From Octopus vulgaris (taxonomy: Eukaryota), in the NCBI GenBank assembly GCA_951406725.2, contig OX597821.1:92132001-92196000 (forward strand): a DNA stretch of 64,000 bases, read 5' to 3'. This document shows positions 41,776 to 56,026 of this stretch, one piece after another. The notes below the pieces were generated by a model that saw nothing but the letters and a program-made list of their open reading frames with translations, ran no database searches and was not told where the DNA came from. The translations under genes and the position numbers were made by a program. Within the stretch, counting starts at the first letter, position 1; every line of letters begins with the position of its first letter.

Positions 41776-42222
41776 TTTTTGTTGTTTATCAAATGCAGTG
41801 TGGTGAGCAACGATGCAAAACTATAGCGGCTATTAATCTTCCAGTATGTGAATCACTTTTGACAGATTATGTTGATTATTTATCTCTCAGCAAGACCAGA
41901 CAGAGATTCCCAGTTAGGCCTATTTGGATTTGCTTTCATTTACTCCTGACCTAAGGAAAGGCCAATAATGCAATGACTTCTCATTTGCCCTACCCTGAAA
42001 AATCTCAAGTTTTAGGTTCATTCTTCTTAACAATTTAACTTTCTTTGTCTTATTCAGTGGCTCCAGATAAATACATTTATAGACTTAAGCCAGCGGAAAT
42101 AAATATTGAATAGATTGTGAGAATATTGAAAAAAGAGACCACATACACATAACATGTATATATACATACATACATGTATATGTATATGTGTGTATGTGTG
42201 TGCGTGTGCATATATATATGTA

Positions 42223-42267
<45 letters not shown>

Positions 42268-42400
42268 GTATATGTATGTGTATATATGTATATATATATG
42301 TACATATATATATATATATATGTGTGTGTATATAAATATGTATATATGTATATATATGTATCTGTATGTATGTGTATACATATATGTGTGTGTGTGCATG

Positions 42401-42471
<71 letters not shown>

Positions 42472-42540
42472 GTGTGTATATATATATGTATATATATATA
42501 TATGTGTGTATATATATATATATGTATATATACATATATG

Positions 42541-42588
<48 letters not shown>

Positions 42589-43708
42589 CAAGTAGAGTTG
42601 TTGCTTTGCAGATGCCCAGCACTCTATTGTTTGTCAGATCCAATCAAGGTTATGTTGAAAATCTGAAAAACACTCTAAAAAGTCTCCACATAAATTTCCT
42701 GAAGGGATGCAAATAAATGAATGAATGAATGAATGAATGAATGAGACAATACACAACACAACACACACATACACACATGCACACGCACGTACACAAAGGC
42801 CTAACTAAACTCATACAAAAATGCCCCTGTCACTTTTCTAACAACCAAGCTCGTATTTTATTGCAATGGAAGCACTTAAAATTAATATTTTCTTTTAACT
42901 AATAAGAAGAGATGTTTTGAAGGAGGACTTATATCGGAATGAATTAAAACCAGTATATTAGAGACACTTATTTTATTGACCTTCCCCCAGAGAGATGAAA
43001 GACTATGTTCATCCTGGCAGCTTTTGAACTCAAAAAATTGATGCACCAAACAAAATATATTGAGACATTTAGCCTAGCATTCTATTGTCTATATTATGGA
43101 AACATACATACATACATATATATATTTTTCTAGTTTCAGCTCAGAGCTGTGGCCATGCTGATGCACCGCCGTTTATATATATATATATATAAGAGCTTAA
43201 CATATGATATATATTAATAGATAGATAGATAGACATATAGACAGATGGACAGACAGATTTACATACACACATTGACAACCAGAGTAGTTTATGTTGGACT
43301 AGCAACTGGGATATTAGCTCTAACTTTGAAAGATATGCTTTTGCAAAACAGAAGCAGAAAATTCCGTAAAAACCCATATAATTTGTGTGCTTTTTTTTCG
43401 CAAAAAGAAAAATAAATTTTTGTGGATGCGTAAATTACATGAGTAGATCCTTTCCAGAATTTTTTTGGAAATTTTTTTTGGTTGCGAAAAGATATACAAA
43501 GCATAAACATTTGTACCAGAAGTTGACTCATTTAATGTCAGAATAGATTTTTACAGGAAAAATAATGGCTTAAATATGAAGTTGACTTTTATTTATGTTG
43601 GACGGTATAATGCTTAAATTTTCTGTATAAATTTACTGAAACAATTAAATGGTTAACTACTTTTTGAAATCTGACGTTCATGCTGGTAAACATGCCAGCT
43701 GGTAAACA

Positions 43709-43940
43709 AGGCGGCGAGCTAGCAGAAACGTTAGCACGTCAGGCGAAATGCTTAGCAGTATTTTGTCTGCCGTTACGTTGAGAGTTCAAATTCCGCCAAG
43801 GTCGACTTTACCTTTCATCCTTTCGGGGTCGATAAATTAAGTACCAGTTACGCATTGGAGTAGATGTAATCGACTTAATACCTATGTCTGTCCTTGTTTG
43901 TCCCCTCTATGTTTAGCCCCTTGTGGGTAATAAAGAAATA
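43709..43940 (+). mobile_element. SINE family B, full length
   Basis: TSD ggtaaaca at 43701-43708 and 43941-43948. Confidence 0.9.
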
Positions 43941-45109
43941 GGTAAACATGCCAGGCTGTATGTTCCATTGCTTGGAGTTGCTTGGAGTATCACAATTGAG
44001 TACCATTGACATACAAAATGATATGGATATTCCTGACTGGAAAAAATGTAATGATATGGATAATCTTGATTGTATGTTTTTATTTTGGTCTGTTTATTAC
44101 TAGGCACAGTTTTGAGTTTGTCATACTGTTTACACCAATTTTGAACATTGCCACTATTGCCACATTCAAATGCCTATTCAACATATTTAATTTCTCCTTC
44201 GCAGTAAATGATTAATAATTTCTGACAATAACAGTAATGACAAATTTATAAGTTTGCTTGACATTTTATAAGTGTGAATGGGATTAAAATTTCAATACTC
44301 TGTATTGAAGGTTCCAACATAATAAGCGGAAAAGAACCCTGTTTACATAATCAGTTTGATCGGTTACCTTCCTCTGTTGGTTGATGTTTACTGGTAATTA
44401 AGTTTAATTTGCAACACCTCTGCATATTTATCAGCTTTGTTTTTGTTAGTAATTCTTATCAACAACTTTTCCTGTGATTCTGATTTTAGAAGACACAGCA
44501 GTATGCTAAAGATCAGACATAATCTCTTGTGGGCAACAAATGTAAAATAAAGTTTATTATAAACAACACAAAGACTTTGTAATTTAATAGCTTTCAATGT
44601 GATACTTGTTAAACAGAACTTATTTTTATTTAATGAAAATTTAATAAAATTTAATCATAAGTAAGTGAAATTATGCTAAATACAACTAAATTTAAAGCCT
44701 TTTCCCCTGGTTATATCAGCAATTCTGAAAACTTTTGGATGTGAATTTTACATGAGAAGAAGCATTTAAAAAAAAATTTTATCTTGAGAATCACCTGCAT
44801 AAATTGCATAAATTACACAGGTGTGCAGTTTACATGGGTTTTTATGGTAACAAGAAAATACTTGATGCTCAAAAAGGACTGGGATGTCAGTAAACTACTT
44901 CGATATAGTGACTAACTCAGACTCTGCAATTAACATTGAAGATGTCACCCATATCATATGTTGCAGTTTTAAAATGTCCTCATTGTACAACATGCCTGTG
45001 AGACATGATGTTGTAGTTTGAACCTTATATAGTGAAATCTAGAGAAAGGATCATCCTGAGATATATATATATATATATATATATAAATATATATATACAC
45101 ATATATATT

Positions 45110-45283
45110 TACATATATACAACAGGCTTCTTTCAGTTTCCATCTACCAAATCCACTCACAAGGCTTTGGTCAGCTTGAGGTTATAGTAGAAGACACTTT
45201 CCCAACATGCCATGCAGTAGGACTGAACCCGGAACCATGTGGTTGGTAAGCAAGCTACTTACCACACAGCCACTCCTGCACCT
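45110..45283 (-). mobile_element. SINE family A, head half
   Basis: Aligns with family A from the internal (TA)n to the tRNA head. Confidence 0.85.
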
Positions 45284-45847
45284 ATATCAGTAACTTCATA
45301 ATAAATCATATCTCCAAAAATAATTTGTGTACTTATTCTTCCTTATGTACAGATTCAAAATAAATAATAATAATAAAAATAATAATAAATGGTATTTTTG
45401 ACATGGACGAGATTAATCATTTATAATGCACTTCTATCTCTAGTTTACATATTTTAACTGCATAAATTTTGGGCTTGTTAATCTGCTTTTGCCTTTTCAG
45501 AGATCTAACTCATATTCTTAACTTAACATTAATTTATACCTACGACATACCTCCCAACTATAGCATTACCTTGTTACCTACTTCTGCTTTAATCGTAGTT
45601 TGAATGAATTTTTGCTCTAACCCTTCCACTTCTGCACCACTTTACAGATCCCTGACACCTATTTAGATATTTTTAATTATATTCAGTCTCTTATTTCATT
45701 GTCTTTCTCCATTCTTTTTTTTTTACCTCTCACCTTTATCATAGCTGTCTTTCTTTATCTTTTCAGTTCCCTTTTATACACACTACACCTAAGAGTACTG
45801 ACTTGGTGTGTCAGCCACCTTTTTGACATCTATTTCATTTTTTAATA

Positions 45848-46263
45848 TACTCTTTTACTCTTTTACTTTTACTTGTTTCAGTCATTTGACTGCGGCCATG
45901 CTGGAGCACCACCTTTTTTTTTTTAGTCGAGCAAATCGACCCTGGGACTTATTCTTTGTAAGCCCAGTACTTATTCTATCGGTCTCTTTTGCCGAACCGC
46001 TAAGTGACGGGGACGTAAACACACCAGCATCGGTTGTCAAGCAATGCTAGGGGGACAAACACACACACACAAACACATACACATACATACATATATACAT
46101 ATATACGACAGGCTTCTTTCAGTTTCCTTCTACCAAATCCACTCACAAGGCATTGGTCGGCTCGGGGCTATAGCAGAAGACACTTGCCCAAGATGCCACA
46201 CAGTGGGACTGAACCCAGAACCATGTGGTTGGTTAGCAAGCTACTTACCACACAGCCACTCCT
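45848..46263 (-). mobile_element. SINE family A
   Basis: Full-length alignment with 3274-3688. Confidence 0.9.
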
Positions 46264-47494
46264 TACTTCACAAACTTTATATATCTTCTCTTGTTTATTT
46301 CTTCCAAACAGCAACAGTGTTTTGGTTTTCATATTTCGATTTTTAGCCCCTGATGAAATGGCATATTCTTCTCATTCATTTGAATGAATTATGCCTTTTT
46401 TTTTTATAAATTAATTATGTAAAGATTATATGGATGGAAACATTTGTATGTTAATTCTGAAAACAGCTGTAGAGATTAATAATGAAATTTTGAAATATCA
46501 TTGAAACCTTTTTATTCTCCTAAATATTTTCTTCTTATTTTAACCAATTTGTTGCTATGCAACCTCATTCCTTCTATGGATATTGGGTTGTAGAAGTAAT
46601 ATATTGGAGTTTAACAACATGTTCGACAATTGAGCTCTTAAATTCAGTGGATATATTTTTCCAGTGATTATGGTCTAATTCAATATATTAAATATATATA
46701 TCTTTTATGTGTGTATACATGTGTGTGTATATATAAAAGTGTGTATGTCTATGTGCATGTATATTTATATGCATGTTATAAATGCATGTATATTTTTATG
46801 TATATATTGAAGCATATTTATATTAGACACCCAATTTATGGTGCTTATATTGAATCCAGTGCTAACATTTGGTTGTGATCCTTAGATTACTTATTTGTTA
46901 TGAGAATCTTCCATTATAGTTATTGCCATTATATTAAGTTGAAGAGGCATTCAGTTCAGTTTGAATCCTGCTAAATTGCTTTTTATTCCTCCAGGGTCAA
47001 TGAGATAATTACATGCCCAGTATTAGATCAATGCAGCCAACAGTTTATATCACCCATATCCGTGATCTTGAGTCACAAATCAGTACATGAAACATTGCCA
47101 GTTAATCTTTCCCTAGAGGTTATGTTTTTTGAAGATCAGCAGAATCATATAAGAACATTACTGGGGTTATCAAAATATAAATACTTTAAAATTGTTTCAG
47201 TAGCTGATGAATTTTAATTATTGACAAAGTCTACTTAGAAAATATCTGATATTAATTTAGGAACTATTATCTTATTATTAAGGAAAATGAAAATATATCA
47301 AACTAGAGACACTTCCAAATGATACTAATTGCCAGCTACTATAGGCTTAGTTGTGTGGTTAAGATGTTCGTTTTCCAACCACAAGGTTTTGGTTTCAATC
47401 CTATTGCATGGCACTTCAGGGAGGCGTTTAAGTGTTCCTACTATGGCTCCAGGCTCTATGATTGAATTTGGTATATATGTGTGTGTGTGTGTAT

Positions 47495-47611
47495 TCTTGA
47501 GACCTATTGAGTCAAGTACATCAACATCAAAATAAATATGAAATGGAAATTGTAGTTGTGATACCTGTGCCGGTGGCACGGAAAACGGACGTTAAACGAT
47601 GATAATGATGA
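47495..47611 (+). mobile_element. RTE-type LINE 3' UTR with internal deletion
   Basis: Matches the reverse complement of 33760-33830 joined to the terminal aaaacggacgttaaacgatgat. Confidence 0.7.
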
Positions 47612-47655
47612 TATATTCTTTTATATGCTTAAGCATTGCATGTCATCCTATATAT

Positions 47656-48043
47656 TACTCTCTTTACTCTTTTGCTCTTTTACTTGTTTCAGTCATTTGA
47701 TTGCGGCCATGCTGGAGCACCGCCTTTAGTCGAGCAAATCAACCCCGGGACTTATTCTTTGTAAGCCCAGTACTTATTCTATCGGTCTCTTTTGCCGAAC
47801 CGCTAAGTGACGGGGATGTAAACACACCAGCATCGGTTGTCAAGCAATGCTAGGGGGACAAACACAGAACAGACACACAAACACACACACACATATGTAT
47901 ATATATACATATATACGACAGGCTTCTTTCAGTTTCCGTCTACCAAATCCACTCACAAGGCATTGTGATGCCACGCAGTGGGACTGAATCCGGAACCATG
48001 TGGTTGGTTAGCAGGCTACTTACCACACAGCCACTCCTGCGCC
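47656..48043 (-). mobile_element. SINE family A
   Basis: Aligns with family A, with a ~35-bp deletion. Confidence 0.9.
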
Positions 48044-48181
48044 TATATATATAAATTCCATGTAACACTAAGAAGAGATGCACAGTACTGAAAGTTTTGA
48101 TTTAAGTGAAATGTAACAAATTACTCCAAACTGTTGTCCACATAAGTGGTGTCTGGACTGGTTAGTTTGTATGGGCATTAA

Positions 48182-48844
48182 CCCTTTCATTACCAACCTG
48201 GCTGAAACCGGTTCTGGCTCTGAGTACAAATGTCTTGTTTTCATAAATTTTTAATTAAAATCTTCCACCAAACCTTAGTCCCAATCTATCTTACTAACAC
48301 TAGCTGAATGATAACTAAGTTATTTTACTAAATGTTTTGTTATATTTTTTTGTTATATTAGGCGCAGGAGTGGCTGTGTGGTAAGTAGCTTGCTAACCAA
48401 CCACATGGTTCAGGGTTCAGTCCCACTGCATGGCATCTTGGGCAAGTGTCTTCTGCTATAGACCCGGGCCGACCAGTACCTTGTGAGTGGATTTGGTAGA
48501 CGGAAACTGAAAGAAGCCTGTCGTATATATGTATATATATATATGTGTGTATGTGTGTGTGTTTTTGTGTCTGTGTTTGTCCCCCTAGCATTGCTTGACA
48601 ACCGATGCTGGTGTGTTTATGTCCCCGTTACTTAGCAGTTCGGCAAAAGAGACCGATAGAATAAGTACTGGGCTTACAAAAGAATAAGTCCCGGGGTCGA
48701 GTTGCTCGATTAAAGGCGGTGCTCCAGCATGGCCGCAGTCAAATGACTGAAGCAAGTAAAAGAGTAAAAGAAAAAGAGAGAGGGTATTTAAAATTAATTG
48801 AAAGAAACACAGAACATCTCAAAATAAATACGGTAACGAAAGAG
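48182..48844. mobile_element. TTAA-flanked piggyBac-type MITE interrupted by a SINE
   Basis: TTAA|ccctttcattacc ... ggtaacgaaagag|TTAA. Confidence 0.8.
48360..48780 (+). mobile_element. SINE family A
   Basis: aggcgcaggagtggctgtgtggtaag ... gtcaaatgactgaagcaagtaaaagag. Confidence 0.92.
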
Positions 48845-49029
48845 TTAAGTTGTAATAATAAAGACAAGCCAAATAGTGATATAATATTTTGAAATCATTT
48901 ACAACATATTTTGATTTGGTTTAACTAAAGAATGTCCAACTTTATGGATGTATTAAAAAATTTCAGAATATGTATGTATTAAAGATTGCAAAATATCACC
49001 ATTTGCTTTGACTTCATAATCATAACTTA

Positions 49030-49530
49030 TATGAAATATAGAAAAAATCTAAGACCGGTGTAAGAACAACAAACAGGTTGTATTAGTTTAAAACTCAGGA
49101 AAGAACGGGAAACGTCTTTAGCATTTTGTATCTCTCTCTCTCTCTCTCCTTGTATACACACACACACACCCACACACACATTGGCAGGAGTCTGGCAAGT
49201 AACCTATACAGCTAAGCATTTTATAGGAACAAAACCAATGGCTGTTTCTTGACTGGCCATAACAATCAACCTTCTATAAATAATTCATATATATATATTT
49301 CTTCATGTTGAATCATTAATCCCTATACATTTTTTCTTTCTCCATTTTATTATTATTTTTTTGCTGTTCTCTCTCCTCTTTTTATCCTTCCAATTCATTC
49401 TGTCAAAGAGCATAGACTCTAGACTCAAAATGTCAAAGACTGTTCCATTGTTCCCAAGCATCAAACTATACACCTGCTTGTTGTTCCTTCACCTGTTTTC
49501 GTCTTTTGTTTTCTGTAAATTTGATCTATA
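49030..49530. mobile_element. Two decayed, oppositely oriented Penelope-like 3' ends (P1-related)
   Basis: 49030-49128 resembles the reverse complement of 49425-49530; 49396-49438 is a decayed minimal hammerhead (CTGTCAA A GAGC ataG ACTC...AAAATGT C AAAG). Confidence 0.5.
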
Positions 49531-49564
49531 TACATACGTATATATATATGTGTATATATATGTG

Positions 49565-49632
<68 letters not shown>

Positions 49633-50289
49633 GTATGTATATATATATGTATGTATGTATATATATATGTATGTATGTATATATATGTATGTATGTATAT
49701 ATATATGTATGTATATATATGTATGCATATATATATAAATATATATATATACAAAATATATATATATATATATATAGTTGTATATATATGCATGCGTATG
49801 TATGTATGTGTGTGTGTGTGCATATGTGTATGTCTGTATGTGTATTCATGAGAGCGTGTTCATATTTCATTGTTTACTTGTCCATTTCACATGCTGCTTT
49901 ATAAACAATAGCTTCATTTGCCAGAAGTCCACCATGTAAACATTTCTGGGCTTCTTGAAATGTCATATGTTACACAATCATATATAGAGAAGCTCATCAC
50001 TCTGCTGTCATCCATTTCCAGTTCTGCATGTATACATGTCTAGGCTGTTTGCTGTTTGATAGACTGAGAGATTATATATCATCTCTCTTTGCTTTTCATC
50101 TTTTTGAGGTTGATAAAATAAGTACCAGTCATGTAATTGGGTAGATGTAATCGATGTCCATTCTCCTGAACAACTAACTGCTTCTCTTGGAAACGAATGT
50201 AGATTACCAAAAGGATTTTTCCAAAAGCAGAAAAATCTATCCCAGTATATTTTCCAGCTGGTCTATGCAAGAATTGAAATGTAGACATT

Positions 50290-50555
50290 ATGATGATGGT
50301 GATGACGATGATAGTGGTGTGGAGTGGCGGCAGCGGCAGCAGTAGTGGTGATAGTGGGGATGATGATGATGATGTAGATGATGATGATAATGATGATGAT
50401 GATGATGATGATGATGATGGTGGTGGTGATGAGGATGATGATGATGATGATGAGGAGGAGGATGATGGTGATGGTGGTTGTGATGAAGATGATGATGATG
50501 ACGATGGTGATGATGATGCTGGTGATGATGATGATGAGGATGATGATGATTGTGG

Positions 50556-50586
<31 letters not shown>

Positions 50587-50612
50587 GACGACGACGACAA
50601 TGATGACGACAA
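50290..50612. repeat. (GAT)n/(GGT)n trinucleotide tract
   Basis: Direct reading. Confidence 0.95.
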
Positions 50613-50942
50613 CATGAGCTAGGCCTGCATTTTCAAATAGATATTATACAATGATACTTAAAAAAAGGCTTGATTTTTATCAACACCAGAAATAGAGACG
50701 TAACCAGCATCAATATTAGTTTTGAATATTAGTCATTGATTAATTGAATGCCTTGTAGAGAGTGAAGAATACATACATCAGTTGTCTAAGTGACATAACT
50801 ACTAGAAACGGTGCTTGAAATAGTGCTGTGGAGGGGGGTTGGAAAAGAGTGATAATGGACCCAGAACTGCTTCTTTTGTTTGCAATATATGACAAATGAT
50901 TTCTATTTTCTTTGAAGAGATAGATTATATAAAACAACATAT

Positions 50943-51165
50943 TCTTTACTCTTTTACTTTGTTCAGTCATTTAACTGTGGCCATGCTGGAGCACCACCTT
51001 TAGTCGAGCAAATCGCATCCAAGACTTATTCTTTGTAAGCCTAGTACTTATTCTATCGGTCTCATTTGCCGAACCGCTAAGTTACGGGGACAAGAACACA
51101 TCACCATCAGTTGTCAAGTGATGTTGTGGGGACAAACACAGACACACAAACATATACACACACGT

Positions 51166-51232
<67 letters not shown>

Positions 51233-51410
51233 TGTATATACATATATATGACAGGCTTCTTCCAGTTTCCATCTACCAAATCAACTCACAAACTTTGGTC
51301 AGCCCGAGGCTATTGTAGGGGACACTTGCCCAAGGTGCCATGCAGTGTGACTGAACCCGGAACCATGTGGTTGGCAAGCAAACTACTTACCACACCTCCA
51401 CTCCTATGCC
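50943..51410 (-). mobile_element. SINE family A with expanded internal (TA)n
   Basis: Full-length alignment with family A. Confidence 0.9.
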
Positions 51411-51577
51411 TGTGTAAGAATTGTTATGATGTCGAGTTGGAAAACATGGAAAGGGACCAGTTAAGAAGAAAAAAACATTCAAATGTGCAATGTTAACATT
51501 TGAGAAAAGCTGTAAAGAAATGAGTAAAAAAAGGCCCTTGTGTACAAAGAAGAAGCAACTATACTGATTTACTCACA

Positions 51578-51905
51578 ATGGCTCAGTTGTTAGAGCATTG
51601 AGCTCACAATCTTGAGGTACTGAGTTCAATTCCTGGACCAGGTTGTGTGTCGTGTTCTTGAGCAAGACACTTTATTTCTTGGTGCTCCGGTTCACTCAGC
51701 TGTAGAAATGAATTGCAAAGTCACTGGTGCCAGCTGTATTGGACTTTGCCTTTTCCTTGGATAACATCAGTGGCATGGAGAGAAGAGGCTGGTATGCATG
51801 GGTGACTTCTGGTCTTCCATAAACAACTTTGTCTGGACTTGTGCCTCAGAGGGTAGGTCTCTAGGTGCAATCCCATGGTCATTTATGACTAAAAGGGGTC
51901 CTTTC
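51578..51905 (+). mobile_element. tRNA-derived SINE family D
   Basis: tggctcagttgttagagc (A box), gagttcaattcc (B box), then gtgttcttgagcaagacacttta. Confidence 0.7.
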
Positions 51906-51914
51906 TCTTTTTAT

Positions 51915-52262
51915 ATGGAAATTGCAGCTGAGTTACCAGTGCCGGTGGCACGTAAGAGAACCATCCGAACGTGGCCATTGCCAGCGCTGCCCCGACTGGC
52001 CTCGTGCCAGTGGCACATAAAAAGCACCATCCAATCGTGGCCGTTTGCCAGACTCGTCTGGCACCTGTGCTGGTGGCACGTAAAAAGCACATACTACACT
52101 CATGGAGTGGTTGGCGTTAGGAAGGGCATCCAGCCGTAGAAACATTGCCAGATCAAACTGGGCCTGATGCAGCCTTCTGGCTTCCCAGACCCCAGTTGAA
52201 CCGTCCAACCCATGCTAGCATGGAAAGCGGACACTAAACGATGTCGATGATGATGATGATGA
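51915..52262 (+). mobile_element. RTE-type LINE 3' UTR with (TGA)n tail
   Basis: Three spaced gtgccggtggcacgtaaaaagcac units followed by the family terminus. Confidence 0.85.
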
Positions 52263-52784
52263 TTAAGGTAACAAGTTGGTTGAATTGTTAACAGGCTGGA
52301 TGAAGGGCTTTGTGGCATTTCATCTGTTTTTATGCATTGAGTTCAAATTCCACCAAGGTTGACTTTGTCCTTCATCCTTTCATGGTCGATGAAATAAGTA
52401 CCAAAATAGGCCAAAGAATTAATTTGGTCATAACACTAAACCCCACAAAATAGATACCTGTTATAACATGAAAACCATCTTGAAGCGCTGGTAATGATAA
52501 AGATGAGAAGCAGAATGCATTGACCAATCATTATTTTTGCTTTTTTTTTTGTTTAATTAAAAAAATTTTTTTTACATTCAATTATATAACAGATCACTTT
52601 TTAAATCATAACATTCAAATACAAAGCAACAGAAAAAAAAGGAGAGTGATAGTAACAGAAAAGAAAGAAAAGAAAAAAGCAGGGGGGTAAAACAGCAGAA
52701 GAGGGAGGGGGAGATGTGAATAAATGGTGTGCTCAGCTGCACCCTGGGGTAATGACCATGATGGTGTTGCTGCAGAAAATGACC

Positions 52785-53190
52785 AGGAGTGGCTGTGTGG
52801 TAAGTAGCTTGTTTACCAACCACATGGTTCCGGGTTTAGTCCCACTGCGTGACACCTTGGGCAAGTGTCTTCTACTATAGCCTCGGGCCGACCAAAGCCT
52901 TGTGAGTGGATTTGGTAGAAGGAAACTAAAAGAAGCCCGTCATATGTATGTATATATATATGTATGTGTGTGTATATGTTTGTGTGTCTGTGTTTGTCCC
53001 CCCTAGCATTGCTTGACAACCGATGCTGGTGTGTTTATGTCCCCGTCACTTAGCGGTTCGGCAAAAGAGACCGATAGCATAAGTACTGGGCTTACAAAAG
53101 AATAAATCCCGGGGTCGAGTTGCTTGATTAAAGGCGGTGCACCAGCATGGCCACAGTCAAAATGACTGAAAAAAGTAAAAAGAGAAAAAA
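52785..53190 (+). mobile_element. SINE family A
   Basis: Full-length alignment with family A. Confidence 0.9.
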
Positions 53191-53891
53191 AGAAAAGAGC
53201 AAAACTCACTACAGAAACCTCTTCTCCTCACGTGGCTTGTTTCCCCAGATGCATTTATACTAACAGGCATGCATGCCCAGGATGTTTCCAATAGTAAAAA
53301 TAACAATTTGTATTTCTCTTTTCAGCCAGATACTAGAGCTGACATTTAAAAGTATCTATTTCTGCTGTGTTGAGAACAGTTTAACAAATCAGTCCATTGC
53401 ACATTAGGAAATATTGCCATTTTGTTTCTATGTTTGTGTTTTGCTTCATTTTTTTTTTTTTTTGATGCACTTTATAAAGGTAAATCACTTCCTGCATTAT
53501 TCCTGCATTGCACTGCAAACCAAAACAAGGCTTTAAAGAGGTTTAACATCATCCAACTAATCTATGTTCGTTTGCCCATAGAGAACACCTACCATAACAC
53601 AATGCCTGGGTAACAAAACAAAAAAAAAATAACAGCTTACACTAAACAACCATCACAAATGTAAAGCAAACCATGAATTACGAAATGGCACTTAGTGCCT
53701 CTATCTTCCATAATCACATACATACCCACAAACACACAGATGCACACACACACAAAGACATACACATACACACACAAATGCAACTACACACTTACACACA
53801 CATACACATAAAACACTGACCAAAATTTGCACAAGAGCGAAGATAAAGAAACAAAAAAAGTGGTAGGAGAGATGAAGAGAAAGATGACACC

Positions 53892-53931
<40 letters not shown>

Positions 53932-54505
53932 GGAGGGAGTTATGAAGGAAAAGTGAGAATAAGAAAGGGAACAAGTGTGAGTTACTTGAGTGGATAGTGA
54001 TGGAGTAGATACGAGGGAAGGACAAATCAAATGCTCACACTACCGTTGAAGGCTAGTTAGATCTATGTAAACCACCCTGGAGATTCTGGTGAACCAGAGC
54101 ACCATCCCTGATCTGTGAATTCAGAAGGAAAACAGAATCAAATGACTGTAATTAAATCCAATGCCAAAGAAAGACGAAGCTTTGAGAAATTCTTTGAGAC
54201 TCTTTCTTAAAATCTATTTGCATTTATTCTGTACAATACACTTATATCGTTTTCTTCTTCTTCCTCTCTTTGTTTTGGGTGTATATATATACATACGAAC
54301 GTAGATGTGTACGTATTTTCTATGTTTTTGTATGCATGTGTAGATTTTGTGTTTATGCACAGAGGGAATATATATGTGCGTCTATATATATGTGTGTATA
54401 TATGTGCTGATATATGTGTGTACATACATACATACATACATATACATACACATACATACATATATATACATACATACATACATACATACATACATACACA
54501 TACAT

Positions 54506-54547
<42 letters not shown>

Positions 54548-55656
54548 GCATACATATACACATATATATATATACACACACACATGCATATATATATAAA
54601 TATATGTATGTGTAAGCATCTTCTATTTTCTGCGCATGCTTGTGTTCGTATGCGATTACTGAAGAACATAGATGTGTAGACTGTGTATGGTGTATGTCTG
54701 TATGTAGAGAATATATGTGTGTGTGTGTGTGATTGCATGTGTACGTGTGTAGGGAGAGAGTAAGACAGACACACACAGAATGAGAGAGAAGATTCTATAT
54801 GTTTGTGTGTGTGTGTGTGTATATCTTTGTGTTTTTTACATGCATGTATGCACACATAAATATTATTGTGTGCCTGTATGTAAATGAGTGTATATTTAAA
54901 TGCATGCATTTATATTTGCCTACTACAACATAGCTGACTGTTACTCATATGTGTGTGTGTGTGTGTGTGATTAGATGCTATATTTTGTGTACACATTAGG
55001 GTGTGTGTATAACCATGTATATGCATAAGCTTTTGATGTTAGTATGTCTTTATTTTTATATATCTGTGTGTATTCATGCATGTGCACCAGTTTTATAAAG
55101 TTTGCATACATGTATGTATGACATTAGATGTAATCATTCAAATACGTTTATGTGTGTGTGTGTGTATCTGTGTATAGACCGGCTTAGACATCTATTATTT
55201 TGCGCGAATGCATATAGATTTAATACCAGTGTATAAGTGTGTGTATTTCTTTGTCTTTGTATGATCATGTGTGTATGGTTTACAGCATCACTATGCATTC
55301 ATATCTGTATATGTGTTATATATGTGTGTGTTCACGTGCATACACTTCTTAGTTTGTTTCTATGCAGATTGTGCATGTATGGACAAAAAGAATATTTTCT
55401 ATAAATGTCTATGTATATGTGTTTGTGTAAATAGAAATGTGTCTTCATATACAATTGGAGAGAAATGCATGTATATGTATACAATGTATACATACACATT
55501 TACACAACTAGATATATTTATACATGTATGTTTATGAATATGCATAGACATACATTTATATCTGTGCACATATACATACATGCATATATATATATATACA
55601 TATATACGTATGAATCTATATGCATGTATATATATATATTTGCAAATGCAGACATG

Positions 55657-55705
<49 letters not shown>

Positions 55706-55744
55706 GTATTTATATATATACACATGTAAATACATATATATATA

Positions 55745-55785
<41 letters not shown>

Positions 55786-55979
55786 ATAGAAAGATTGATT
55801 GGTAGATAAATAGATAAAGATATATATATACATATGTGTGTATATGTGTGTATGTATGTGTGTGTGTATATATGTATGTCTGTACGTGCATTTGTATCTG
55901 TATGCATTATATTTGTGAAGAGATTCTATATACATTGGTAGTGAAGTATACTTGTCTTTGGAATATATATATATATGTG

Positions 55980-56026
<47 letters not shown>

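Noticed and set aside
41310-41954. 214-aa poly-T/poly-A ORF and similar homopolymer ORFs at 11123, 18329 and 50079-50622
   Set aside because: Trinucleotide tracts open in several frames on both strands, with no domain or splice evidence.
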